From Candidatus Micrarchaeota archaeon (lineage in GTDB: Archaea > Micrarchaeota > Micrarchaeia > Anstonellales > Bilamarchaeaceae): 64,000 bases of DNA. The notes under the pieces were generated by a model that saw nothing but the letters and a program-made list of their open reading frames with translations, was not told the DNA's origin and made no database searches. Where the stretch lies: positions 8,212-72,211 of the forward strand of contig JAKEGJ010000008.1 of the NCBI GenBank assembly GCA_022627495.1, written 5' to 3'. Positions 9,849-19,043 of this stretch are shown here, in pieces (the first letter of the stretch is position 1; each line of letters begins with the position of its first letter). The translations under genes and the position numbers were made by a program.

Positions 9849-10726
9849 TGCTTATGGCAGCAAAAAAATCCCGGCCGAAGAACGTTCGTAAGGGGGCAGC
9901 AGCGGCTCAAAAACCGCAATCGCCCGAGCCTGAAAACGAAATCGGGCAAGCGCCGCCGCAGGCGGCGGCGAAGCCGGCGATGCTTTCGGCAGTTCCGAGG
10001 CAGCTCAAGCCCCGCAGGATAGAGAAGCCTCCCGAGCCGGAGCAGGCGGAGCCTGAATCCGGGCAGGAGGCGGCGAATCAGGAACCCCCGGAATCCGAAG
10101 GGCCCGCTGAAACCGTCGAAACCGAAGCATCCGCTCCTCCTACGGGTCGGCTTGATGTGCCCGAAGCGGTTACGGGAGAGGAAAAGCAGGTCCTTCCCTG
10201 GGGCGGTGTCCCGAACGAGGCATCCCCGATGCCGCTGCCGCCTGCAGGCAGGGGGGAAGCTGGCAGTCCCATGAAGGCCTTCGCGGTTGTCGCCCTGCTC
10301 TGCGCCGCGGTCTTCCTTGCATACTACTTCATCACCCTCCCGGAGAACTCGTTTGTACCTGGGGCGAAGGTGGATGCCGAGACGTTCAAGGGGATATTCC
10401 TGGATGCCGCCAATGTCTATATCGTCATGGACGTGCGCGGGGCCGGAAGCGCCCCGGTGAGCACGAACATCCTCCAGTGCGGGGTGGATTTCGCGGCCAG
10501 CAGCGGCATGGGCGGCAAGAGCGTGACCTACCTCTCATTCGGCAGCGAAGGATGCGTCGCTCCCGACGGGGCGCACCCGCCCAAGGAATGCTTCGCGATG
10601 CTGAAAAACGGCATCACAATATACGTGAAGGAAGCTCCGGGCGAAGTCTCGTATTATTCGAACGGCATGGTCGTTCCCGTGGGCGCGGATTACGTGCAGG
10701 GCACCTGCGGCATAAAGAGGTACTAA
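9848..10726 (+). CDS. hypothetical membrane-anchored protein with P/E/A-rich N-terminus
   Basis: The ATG at 9848 overlaps the previous stop (TGATG). Low-complexity PEPE/AAA region, one TM, then a ~130-aa Cys-containing C-terminal domain. Confidence 0.5.
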   Translation: MLMAAKKSRPKNVRKGAAAAQKPQSPEPENEIGQAPPQAAAKPAMLSAVPRQLKPRRIEKPPEPEQAEPESGQEAANQEPPESEGPAETVETEASAPPTGRLDVPEAVTGEEKQVLPWGGVPNEASPMPLPPAGRGEAGSPMKAFAVVALLCAAVFLAYYFITLPENSFVPGAKVDAETFKGIFLDAANVYIVMDVRGAGSAPVSTNILQCGVDFAASSGMGGKSVTYLSFGSEGCVAPDGAHPPKECFAMLKNGITIYVKEAPGEVSYYSNGMVVPVGADYVQGTCGIKRY

Positions 10727-10829
10727 CAACAAATTAAATGCTCCCTCGCCCGCCCCCCCATTTCGGCGGAGGGGAGAACTGGGGGTAGCGAATCCGATTC
10801 CGGAATCCCATCGGGCGCCTTTTCCCCAC

Positions 10830-12047
10830 TCACCTTAGCTTGTATCTCAGGAAGGCGCCTATTCCGCCGAACCCGGTCAGGAACTGGTTGCCCTCGACGG
10901 TATTGGTCGATATGATCTCCACCGGGATGTCGTTCTGCCTTGCCAGTTCGTTCAGTTCGTCCAGGAGCAGGTCGCTGGACTGGAGCTTCATCTGGGCCTG
11001 GCATTTTACGCACGGGGCAGTGTCGCCGGGCTTCTCGCGCGACGCCTTCCTCTCCTCAGCCCCGCATGAGGGACATCTATATAGCCCGGAAATGTGCGTC
11101 AGGCCATCCGAGATGAGAACCTTCTCCGCCTGGTGCGAGAGAATCACCTCCCGGACCTCCCTTTCTCCGTAGGTGGCAAGGCCTTCGTTTATCAGGAGCT
11201 TGATGAACCTGTCCACGAGAATCTTCTCCTTTACCGCCTCCTGCTGGGACAGGATGGCTTCGCTTTTGGAGAGCACCTCGCGGATGCCGTACTCGTCGGT
11301 ATAGCCCGTATCCACCACGCCGAGGACTTTCAGCTGGTAGTTGAACGGGCTCATCTTCATGAAGAACTCCTTGGTCGGCCCTGGGCCGCCCACTATGACG
11401 CCCTTCACCGCCGGCTTCTCGTCTTTGAGGTATGCGCCATCCATCGCATCCCCGACCCTCTTGTAATAGACCTCTATTTGCTCTTCGATAAGCCTCTCGT
11501 ACCTGCGGGCGCTCTGGCCTCCCTTCCGTATCTTGGCGTGGGCTGTCGAGTTGAGCTTCTTAACCACGGTGATGTTCGTCCCTTTTACGATGGCTACCGT
11601 GGCCTCCCTGCCGTCCAGGACGACGACGCCGTATGAATCGGTCGAGCCGAGCATCGACTGCAGGGGCTCAAGGAAGAACCTGCTGTCGCAGCGGTAGGCG
11701 CCGATATGCAGAGGCTCCGGAGGATCGATGGAGAATAGCTCTATGTCGACCTTGGCCGTGTTGTCCGAGACGTTGCCCGCGAACACGGCAATCCCGTTCG
11801 GCGGCGCCCTCTTGTATATCTTGAAATGGTTCATGATCCGTTCAAGCGCGCCAAGGACATTGAGCTTGGTGGATTTGGACTTGATGTTGCTCGCCTGGCT
11901 CATCTCTTCCCTGAGCTTGTTGCCCATCTCGTGTATGGGCGAGCCTGCGGGTATGTAGACGGAAATCAGCTCGGTCCCGCTGCCGCGGTACGACTCGAGC
12001 TGGCGAAGCTGTTTTTTCAGCTGGTACATCTTCTCTGAATCTGCCAT
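10830..12047 (-). CDS. prf1: peptide chain release factor aRF1
   Basis: NIKS motif (SQASNIKSKS) and GGQ motif (RKGGQSARRY). Probable start is MADSEKMYQLKK. Confidence 0.9.
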   Translation of the reverse strand: MADSEKMYQLKKQLRQLESYRGSGTELISVYIPAGSPIHEMGNKLREEMSQASNIKSKSTKLNVLGALERIMNHFKIYKRAPPNGIAVFAGNVSDNTAKVDIELFSIDPPEPLHIGAYRCDSRFFLEPLQSMLGSTDSYGVVVLDGREATVAIVKGTNITVVKKLNSTAHAKIRKGGQSARRYERLIEEQIEVYYKRVGDAMDGAYLKDEKPAVKGVIVGGPGPTKEFFMKMSPFNYQLKVLGVVDTGYTDEYGIREVLSKSEAILSQQEAVKEKILVDRFIKLLINEGLATYGEREVREVILSHQAEKVLISDGLTHISGLYRCPSCGAEERKASREKPGDTAPCVKCQAQMKLQSSDLLLDELNELARQNDIPVEIISTNTVEGNQFLTGFGGIGAFLRYKLR

Positions 12048-12066
12048 TGTCGCCACATCCCCCCTT

Positions 12067-12504
12067 TCACGCCTTGAGCTTCTCCTTGAATTCAAGCAGG
12101 CGGCTTGACAGGGCCGCGTCGTTGAGCGCTAGAATCTGCACCGCGAGAAGTGCGGCGTTCTTCCCCATTCCTATGCCGACTGCGGCCACGGGCACGTTGG
12201 GGGGCATCTGTGCCACGGACATTAGGGCGTCCAGCCCCTGGAGGGATGCGTTCACGGGAACGCCGATTACCGGCTTCGCCGTCCGCGCAGCCACCACTCC
12301 AGGAAGCGCGGCGCTCATCCCCGCTATCGCAATGAATACCTGGGCGCTCGTCTCGCGTACGAGCCGGTCGACCTTCTCCGGGTTCCTGTGCGCCGAGGCG
12401 ACCTCGTACCTGTAAGCGACTCCGAATGCGTTCAGGACGTCCATGGCCTGTTTCGCAATCTCTTCGTCGCTCTTGCTTCCGGCCAGAATGAGCACTTTCT
12501 CCAT
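12067..12504 (-). CDS. purE: PurE-family AIR carboxylase / N5-CAIR mutase
   Basis: LAGSKSD...ASAHR...IAGMSAALPGVVA...PVIGVPV motifs. 145 aa. Confidence 0.8.
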   Translation of the reverse strand: MEKVLILAGSKSDEEIAKQAMDVLNAFGVAYRYEVASAHRNPEKVDRLVRETSAQVFIAIAGMSAALPGVVAARTAKPVIGVPVNASLQGLDALMSVAQMPPNVPVAAVGIGMGKNAALLAVQILALNDAALSSRLLEFKEKLKA

Positions 12505-12600
12505 GCTACCAACTCGCGCCGAATATTTTTAAACAAATAAGGAAGGATAAGAAAAAAACATGGGCGCGGCCTTCCAGTCCGCCGCCCCCGCCGGACTCCC

Positions 12601-13221
12601 TCATGCAATGATTTCGATTTTTCCGTCGAGATGGTATTTCATGCCGACGATTTTGAGCCTGCCTTCGTCAAGCTCCTTCTTCACCACCGGGCTTTTCTTC
12701 AGCTTGCGCATGACCGCCTTGACATTGAAAATCGCGGCCCTGTCCAGCTCCTCCTCCTCCGCCCCGCCTTTCTTCGCCTTTTTTATCGAAGGAGCGAGCT
12801 TCTTCACAATTGCCACGATGCTCGATTCGCCATGCCCGTGGTATGCCGCATTCACCGCGCCGCACTTCTCATGCCCCATGACCACAAGCAGCGGGGTGTG
12901 AAGGTGTCCGACGGCGTATTCAACCGAGCCTATCCCTATCTTGTCGACGACGTTGCCCGCGCTCACGACCGTGAATATGTCCCCCAGGCCCACATCGAAG
13001 ATGAACTCCGGCACTATGCGGGAATCCGAGCACGCCACGACCGTCGCGAACGGCTGCTGGCCCGCTTTCAGCTCCTCGCGCCTGGGCCCGAAGTTCTTCT
13101 GCTCCATCGTGCCGCTTACAAACCTCCCATTCCCTTCCATCAGTCTGCTCAAGGCTTCGTTCTGGTCCATTTTCTCATTCCTCTGACTGGCGCTTTTTGT
13201 AAAATAGCTCTTGGATTCCAT
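12601..13221 (-). CDS. beta-class carbonic anhydrase
   Basis: CSDSR and HEKCGA zinc-ligand motifs. Confidence 0.85.
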   Translation of the reverse strand: MESKSYFTKSASQRNEKMDQNEALSRLMEGNGRFVSGTMEQKNFGPRREELKAGQQPFATVVACSDSRIVPEFIFDVGLGDIFTVVSAGNVVDKIGIGSVEYAVGHLHTPLLVVMGHEKCGAVNAAYHGHGESSIVAIVKKLAPSIKKAKKGGAEEEELDRAAIFNVKAVMRKLKKSPVVKKELDEGRLKIVGMKYHLDGKIEIIA

Positions 13222-13332
13222 GATTTAAAAATACTGCACCTGCCGGTTTCCGAAGGCCTCAAGCAAACGGCAAACCCATCAATACCATGCAGTTTTTGTA
13301 ACATTTAAAAACAGTTTGAAGTCATTAAGCTC

Positions 13333-14457
13333 ATGGCTAGCCACAAAAAGGAGAACCAGATTGCTGAGAAGCCGGAAGGGGCCGGGCGGGCGCGCATGCA
13401 GCGCAGGCTGATGGACGGCTCACGGCTAAACGAACTGCACGAAATGCACGCCAAAGGACGGCTTTCCGCAAGCGAATCGCTCGAGCTTATCCTGGCCGGT
13501 AATGCCGAGCACGTGGCCGCCTTGAAAGGCGCCCCGATGACCGCGCACCAGCGCTATCTGAAAATCATGGCCGCCCAGGCCGACTACATGATTGTCCGCT
13601 GCTCCGACGCGCGGGTCCACAATACCGACAGCGAGCAGGATACCCTGGTGGGCCTGCACATCTACATCGCAGGGAACGTCATACCGGGGAAAAAGACCGC
13701 CTCATTGGATGAAATCGCGCAGGTGGCATCGCTCGTGCGCCCCGACGGCGCATGCCTTGACGAAGCGCACTGCAACTGCGGCGCGGTCAAGGAGCGCGTG
13801 AAATGGGTCGAAGGCGGCATGAAGCCGACCGGCAGCACGCCTCTGGACAACCTGCTTCACGAAGTCGTGGGGCCTTCGCCATATGACAATGCGATAGCCC
13901 AGCTTTCCAAGCTCCGCAACCTTCCCGGCCTTGGGGGGCGCGCCACCGGTGCGCTGCACTACGACTGGGAAAAGGGCGGAGTAACCGTAGTGAATGCGAG
14001 CCCGTCGCATTTGGTGGAACTCCTGGTGGACAATTTCAACAAAAGGCACGCAGACGCGAATGCCGACGGCCTTCTGGCGGAGCGCCTCGCGAAGCAGAAG
14101 CCCCATGCCATCATGGTCGGAAGCAACCTGCTGCCTTTCAGCATCGGGACCATCACCCACGCCCTCCAGAACGAGGTGTTCCAGACGACCGGCTCGGAAG
14201 ACGGCCTCGATGATTTCGACGAAGGCTCCATCCTCTACGCGGTCGAGCACCTGGGCGTCAGGCACATCCCGTTCGTCGCTCCGGGAACAGCCGCGAATGC
14301 GAAGGCGGTTACCGCCATGTTCGACAAGTGGGAGGCCGACCTGCGCTCGATGACCGTGAACGGCGAGCCAGTAATCTCCAGGATGCTGGACTCAGGAGAG
14401 CTGGCAATCAGCCGCCTGAGGTATGATTTAAGCAACGGCCGCCTTGTTCCCATCTGA
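13333..14457 (+). CDS. beta-carbonic-anhydrase-like protein with a degenerate second CA-like half
   Basis: The N-terminal half has CSDAR and HCNCGA. The C-terminal half (..HAIMVGSNLLP..YAVEHLGVRHIPFVAPG) looks CA-like but lacks the Cys/His ligands. Confidence 0.6.
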   Translation: MASHKKENQIAEKPEGAGRARMQRRLMDGSRLNELHEMHAKGRLSASESLELILAGNAEHVAALKGAPMTAHQRYLKIMAAQADYMIVRCSDARVHNTDSEQDTLVGLHIYIAGNVIPGKKTASLDEIAQVASLVRPDGACLDEAHCNCGAVKERVKWVEGGMKPTGSTPLDNLLHEVVGPSPYDNAIAQLSKLRNLPGLGGRATGALHYDWEKGGVTVVNASPSHLVELLVDNFNKRHADANADGLLAERLAKQKPHAIMVGSNLLPFSIGTITHALQNEVFQTTGSEDGLDDFDEGSILYAVEHLGVRHIPFVAPGTAANAKAVTAMFDKWEADLRSMTVNGEPVISRMLDSGELAISRLRYDLSNGRLVPI

Positions 14458-14557
14458 GCAGATGCGGCAGTGGAATCGTGCGGATTGGCTTTGCCCGCTT
14501 GCCCTTGCCCATCGGCATTCATTTAAACTCTTTTTCCCCCTTCTTCTATCGCATTCT

Positions 14558-16297
14558 ATGTGCGGGATAATCGGCTATGCGGGGTCCGGGCGGGCCTCGC
14601 AGGCGATAACGGACGGCTTAAAAAGGCTCGAATACCGCGGCTACGACTCGGTCGGGATAGCCGTCCTCTCTCCAAAAAGCAAGCTTGAAGTCCGCAAGGA
14701 CAAGGGCATGGTGGAGGAGGTCTCCTCTGCGCTCCGTTTCACCTCGATAGGGGGCAACATCGGCCTGGGCCACACCCGCTGGGCCACGCACGGGACCGTA
14801 TGCAGGGCGAACGCTCACCCGCATGCGGACTGCACCGGAAGCATTGTCCTGGCCCATAACGGCGTCATTGAGAATTACGCGAAACTCCGGGACAGCCTTG
14901 CAGCCAAGGGCCACAAGTTCGCTTCCGACACCGATTCCGAGGTTGTCGCACACCTGATGGAAGAGAACGCCAAGACCCAGCCCCTAATCCGGGCATTCAT
15001 GCGCACCATCGGCCAGCTCGAAGGCTCATACGCCATTGTCGCCATGAGCGCAGCGGACAAGGAGGAGCGCCTTTTCATCGCGCGGCGCAACAGCCCGCTG
15101 ATAATCGGCGCAGGGAAGGGCGAGATGCTCTGCGCATCGGACATCCCGGCTATGCTGAAATACACGAGGACATTCGTTCCCCTCCAGGAAGGCGACATGG
15201 CAATCCTGGCCCGGAACGGCTACAAGATATACTCTGCGGACGGGGCCGAAGCGGAGCGGAAGCAGATAACCGTGGACTGGGACATGGAGATGGCAAAAAA
15301 GGGCGGCTACCCGCATTTCATGCAGAAGGAGATATCGGACCAGAAGCATTTCATAAACGAAAGCCTCTCTTCCGACACGGCAGACGCAATGAAGCTCATA
15401 TGCGCTAGCGGACGCATCGACATCATCGCAGCAGGCACGTCCTACCACGCTGGCATCATGCTCTCATACCTTCTCCAGAGCACGGGCAGGGTGGCCCAGG
15501 CCTACATAGCAAGCGACTACCCGTATATCGCGAAGCCCGACAAAAAAACGCTTGTCATAGCCATCAGCCAGAGCGGTGAGACCGCAGACGTCCTGCAGGC
15601 GCTCAGGTTCGCCGAAGGCTGCAGGAAAATCGCGATAACGAACGTCGTCGGCTCCACGGTCACCGCGCTCGCCGACTGCGTCGTATTCCTCAATGCGGGG
15701 CCTGAAGTGGGCGTCGCAGCGACAAAGACGTTCACCTCCCAGCTGGCTGTAATCTACAAGCTCTTCTACGACAAGGAGCGGCTTAAGCCGCTCTCAGGGC
15801 TGATAGGCGCCATGCTGGAGCATGACAACGAGATAAAGGCGGTCGCCCAAAAAATCGCCGGCAAGGAAAACGCGTTCTTCATAGCAAGGGGGCGGAACGT
15901 TCCAATCGCTTATGAGGGCTCATTGAAGTTCAAGGAGATAACTTACATCCATTCCGAGGCGTATCCCGGCGGAGAGCTCAAGCACGGCACGCTCAGCCTG
16001 ATAACCCCCGGAGTACCGGTAATCGCGCTGGCGCCGAAAGACGAGACGCTCCCGAAACTGCTGGGCAACATCCGGGAAGCGAAGGCGCGGGGCGCATTCA
16101 TCCTCAGCATAACCGACGACGACGAGGTGAAGAAGGAGAGCGACATCTCCATAGCGCTTCCGCCGGGAACCGACCCCATCCTCTACCCGTTCGCGCTGAT
16201 TGTGCCCCTCCAGCTCCTTGCATACCACACGAGCGTCCTCCGGGGCGTCAATCCCGACCGGCCCAGGAACCTTGCCAAGAGCGTCACCGTGGAATGA
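14558..16297 (+). CDS. glmS: glutamine--fructose-6-phosphate aminotransferase
   Basis: N-terminal MCGIIGY (Ntn Cys), two SIS domains, C-terminal ..NLAKSVTVE. Confidence 0.9.
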   Translation: MCGIIGYAGSGRASQAITDGLKRLEYRGYDSVGIAVLSPKSKLEVRKDKGMVEEVSSALRFTSIGGNIGLGHTRWATHGTVCRANAHPHADCTGSIVLAHNGVIENYAKLRDSLAAKGHKFASDTDSEVVAHLMEENAKTQPLIRAFMRTIGQLEGSYAIVAMSAADKEERLFIARRNSPLIIGAGKGEMLCASDIPAMLKYTRTFVPLQEGDMAILARNGYKIYSADGAEAERKQITVDWDMEMAKKGGYPHFMQKEISDQKHFINESLSSDTADAMKLICASGRIDIIAAGTSYHAGIMLSYLLQSTGRVAQAYIASDYPYIAKPDKKTLVIAISQSGETADVLQALRFAEGCRKIAITNVVGSTVTALADCVVFLNAGPEVGVAATKTFTSQLAVIYKLFYDKERLKPLSGLIGAMLEHDNEIKAVAQKIAGKENAFFIARGRNVPIAYEGSLKFKEITYIHSEAYPGGELKHGTLSLITPGVPVIALAPKDETLPKLLGNIREAKARGAFILSITDDDEVKKESDISIALPPGTDPILYPFALIVPLQLLAYHTSVLRGVNPDRPRNLAKSVTVE

Positions 16298-16354
16298 TGG
16301 GCGGATTCGGCGCCCCGCCCGGATTCCGGCATCGCCCGCCGCCATCCTTTTTAA

Positions 16355-16489
16355 CCTGACTTCGCCACTGCGCTTTCTCCGGCAACGCGCCGCCATTCCC
16401 CCGACAATCAATAGAGATGCCGCCACCGGCCATTCTGATGCTCCATCGGCAGTTTGGGCAATTCGTCTGCCGCAACTGGCGAACTCGGG
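16355..16489. repeat. 135-nt repeated element, copy 1 (reverse complement of copy 2 at 26668..26802)
   Basis: Direct comparison shows near-identity over about 135 nt with about 10 mismatches in two small patches. The ends form imperfect inverted repeats (CCTGACTTCGCC ... GGCGAACTCGGG). Confidence 0.85.
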
Positions 16490-16754
16490 TTTTTAATCAC
16501 AACCCGCCATCTGGTTCGATATGAATCCCAACACCCGCAGGAATACCGCTACGCGCAAGGCCGGAGAGGAAACGAAAGCGACGCTTTCGTTCGGGAACCG
16601 CGCTCCCCTGGCGGAGCATATCGACATCCAGCGCGCGCTCCACGACGACTATGACATCCGCTCATGCCCGATGGGGGCTGACGCGCCGCGCCCGCTAAGG
16701 ATTAGCGACGAGCATTACGACCACCACCTGTTCTGACGCCGCCTGCCCCGCAAG

Positions 16755-18416
16755 CTACTTCTTTCTGGCCGCGAACTTCTGCCTCAGGAACCTGGTCCAG
16801 ACCTGCCATACGAGGATTATTATGAGCAGGACTCCTGCCGCGATATAAAGCGGATTAACCCCGCTCGCGTTAACGTTTATCTTCATGGTGGCGTCGTTGA
16901 AGCCGATTTTCTTCACCGTGATGACATACTCCCCGGGCGATGCTATGCTCGTGGTATAATTCTTGTCGGACATTATCGCCGCGCCGTCGCCGAACGATAT
17001 GTTGAACCTGTCCACGGTGGAGCCGTCATCGCCATCGTTGACATACACCGTGAAATTCCTGCCTTCAATCGGTTCAGGCGATACTGCAAGCACCAGGTCG
17101 CTCAAGGGCGCGGCCGAGTCGTGGTTTATACTGACGCTCGTGTATGCGGGGCCGCTTTCGCTTCCACCTGCGTCGGCCACCTGGCATGATATGACGTTGA
17201 GCCCGGGCGCGAGCATCGCCTTCGGGTTGATGTAGAATATCCAGCCGTCATCGGTTGTGTTCGCCTGCATCCATTCCCCCGAATTCACCTGGACGAGCAC
17301 AGTGGCGCCGCCGGCTTCGGAGACGTGCTTGCCTGTCACGACAAGCTCCTTGAGGCCTGTAATCGCCCCCTCGGGCGGGCTTGTTATCGAGCATGCCCTC
17401 TCGGTGCTGTATGCGTATACCTTGCCGTCGTCAGAGCCGAAAATGACCTTGTTCTGGTAGAAAAGCGGGCTTCCGACCGAAGCCGTCGACGACCCCTTCC
17501 ACACGATTTCCCCGGTTTCGGTTTCTATCGCGTAGATGCTCTTGTCGGTCCCGCCGGCGAAGACGACCGTTCTTCCGCCCATCAGGCCCGATTCAGGCTG
17601 GGTCTGGACCGCCAGCTGCGTCCTTGCCGCCCACCGTACAAATCCGTCGCCGCTGTCTACCGCATATATGCTTCCGTCGTTGCTGCCGAAATACACGACG
17701 CCCGCTTGGACGAGAGGGGTGCCTACAACCCAGTTGCGCGTGCGAACCGCCCAGACATCGCCGCCTGTGGCCGTGAAGAACGCGTGCATCTTGTCATCGA
17801 GAGCGCCGGCGTAGACGACGGTGCCTTCGATAGTGGGCCGGGAAAGCCAGAACGAGCCTTCATCCAGCTGGGCCTTCCACGGCGTTTGCCCGGTTTCGCT
17901 CTGGCGAATGAGCTGGCCGCCGCTTCCGTAAATCACATAATCCGCGCCTGCAGCCGGGGGGCTGAGAACCGAGTCGTTGAATGCCGCTATTTTCGACCTC
18001 ACGGTGCCGTCCTTCTCCATGATGAATACGCCGCTGTTTGCCGTGACGAAAAGCTCCCTGGCGTTCACCGCTATCCCGTATATGCGGGAGACGTTGTATG
18101 CCGAGACGTTGAGGTTGGTCTCCCACTGTTTGGCTCCGTTGGCCCCCAGCTTTACCACCTTTCCTGAACTGGTCGAGAGGTAAATCGCGTTATCCGCGGA
18201 AATCAGCTCATTCGGCCTCTTGCCGACTGCAGTCTGCCACCTGCGGACTCCTGTGGCGGGATCCAGCCCGTAGACGATGCCGTCATCGGATGCGACGGCG
18301 ACCGCTCCCTGGTAAATCACGGGCTTGCTGCTCACCGCGCCGTCGCTGGTGAACTCCCATACGAGTGATGCGTTCGAGACCGCCAATACCAGTAGAAGGA
18401 GGAGCGCGTGTCTCAT
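16755..18416 (-). CDS. secreted PQQ-like beta-propeller repeat protein with Ig/PKD-like region and C-terminal TM anchor
   Basis: Signal peptide MRHALLLLLVLAVSNA. Repeated ..G.VYA.D..TG...W.. blades. C-terminal hydrophobic segment plus a basic tail. Confidence 0.7.
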   Translation of the reverse strand: MRHALLLLLVLAVSNASLVWEFTSDGAVSSKPVIYQGAVAVASDDGIVYGLDPATGVRRWQTAVGKRPNELISADNAIYLSTSSGKVVKLGANGAKQWETNLNVSAYNVSRIYGIAVNARELFVTANSGVFIMEKDGTVRSKIAAFNDSVLSPPAAGADYVIYGSGGQLIRQSETGQTPWKAQLDEGSFWLSRPTIEGTVVYAGALDDKMHAFFTATGGDVWAVRTRNWVVGTPLVQAGVVYFGSNDGSIYAVDSGDGFVRWAARTQLAVQTQPESGLMGGRTVVFAGGTDKSIYAIETETGEIVWKGSSTASVGSPLFYQNKVIFGSDDGKVYAYSTERACSITSPPEGAITGLKELVVTGKHVSEAGGATVLVQVNSGEWMQANTTDDGWIFYINPKAMLAPGLNVISCQVADAGGSESGPAYTSVSINHDSAAPLSDLVLAVSPEPIEGRNFTVYVNDGDDGSTVDRFNISFGDGAAIMSDKNYTTSIASPGEYVITVKKIGFNDATMKINVNASGVNPLYIAAGVLLIIILVWQVWTRFLRQKFAARKK

Positions 18417-18420
18417 GGCC

Positions 18421-18891
18421 TCAGCCTTTTAGGAGCGAATCGTGCTTTCCTTCGTTGACCTCCTTGATTGCTTCCCTGGCGTTCCTTCCGTTGACGGTGA
18501 CGCCCATGCTGACGCACGAGCCGAGCACCTCTTTGAGCGTTTCCCGGAGTTCCTTGCCGAGCGAGTTCCTCTTGGATTTCGCTATCGCGACCGCCTTCTC
18601 GATTGTCAGGTTGCCGGCCGGGGCCTCCCGGTTTCCGGCGCCCTTCTCGATGCCGGCCTCCTTCTTTATGATTTCCGCGGTAGGCGGGCTCCCCACTTCG
18701 ACCGTGAACGACTTGGTCTTCGGGTCCACGTGGACCTTCACAGGGACCTTCATGCCTGAGAAATCCTTCGTCATCTCGTTTATCTTCGCAACCACCTGGC
18801 CAATGTTGACGCCCATGGGCGCCAGCGCAGGCGCAAGCGGCGGTCCGGGCGTTGCTTTTCCGCCCTCCACAATCGCATCAATAGTTTTCAT
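18421..18891 (-). CDS. rpl11: 50S ribosomal protein uL11
   Basis: GGKATPGPPLAPALAPMGVNIGQVV... is the canonical L11 N-terminal domain. Start chosen at MKTIDAIVEGG. Confidence 0.9.
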   Translation of the reverse strand: MKTIDAIVEGGKATPGPPLAPALAPMGVNIGQVVAKINEMTKDFSGMKVPVKVHVDPKTKSFTVEVGSPPTAEIIKKEAGIEKGAGNREAPAGNLTIEKAVAIAKSKRNSLGKELRETLKEVLGSCVSMGVTVNGRNAREAIKEVNEGKHDSLLKG

Positions 18892-19043
18892 ATCAAAACC
18901 TCTGAATATGACAAGTCTTCGAATTAATTCATCTGCTTCCTTTTTTAAAGCTAATCCCATCCGCCGGATGCTGGCGGAGGGGGCGCCGCGCCGGGCGCTC
19001 CCAATTCCGAGAATTATTTAAACCATGCGCTCGAATTGTTGGC

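Noticed and set aside
16200-16496. Conserved peptide ..AIPPTINRDAATGHSDAPSAVWAI.. seen in ORFs at 16200..16496(+) and 26613..27278(-)
   Set aside because: The conservation is at the DNA level (the 135-nt repeat) and the frames run into unrelated flanks. It is not evidence for a protein-coding gene.
16521-16736. 71-aa ORF just after repeat copy 1
   Set aside because: It is short, has no SD or TATA support that I could see, and has an Arg/Asp/His-rich composition. It is not reported as a gene.
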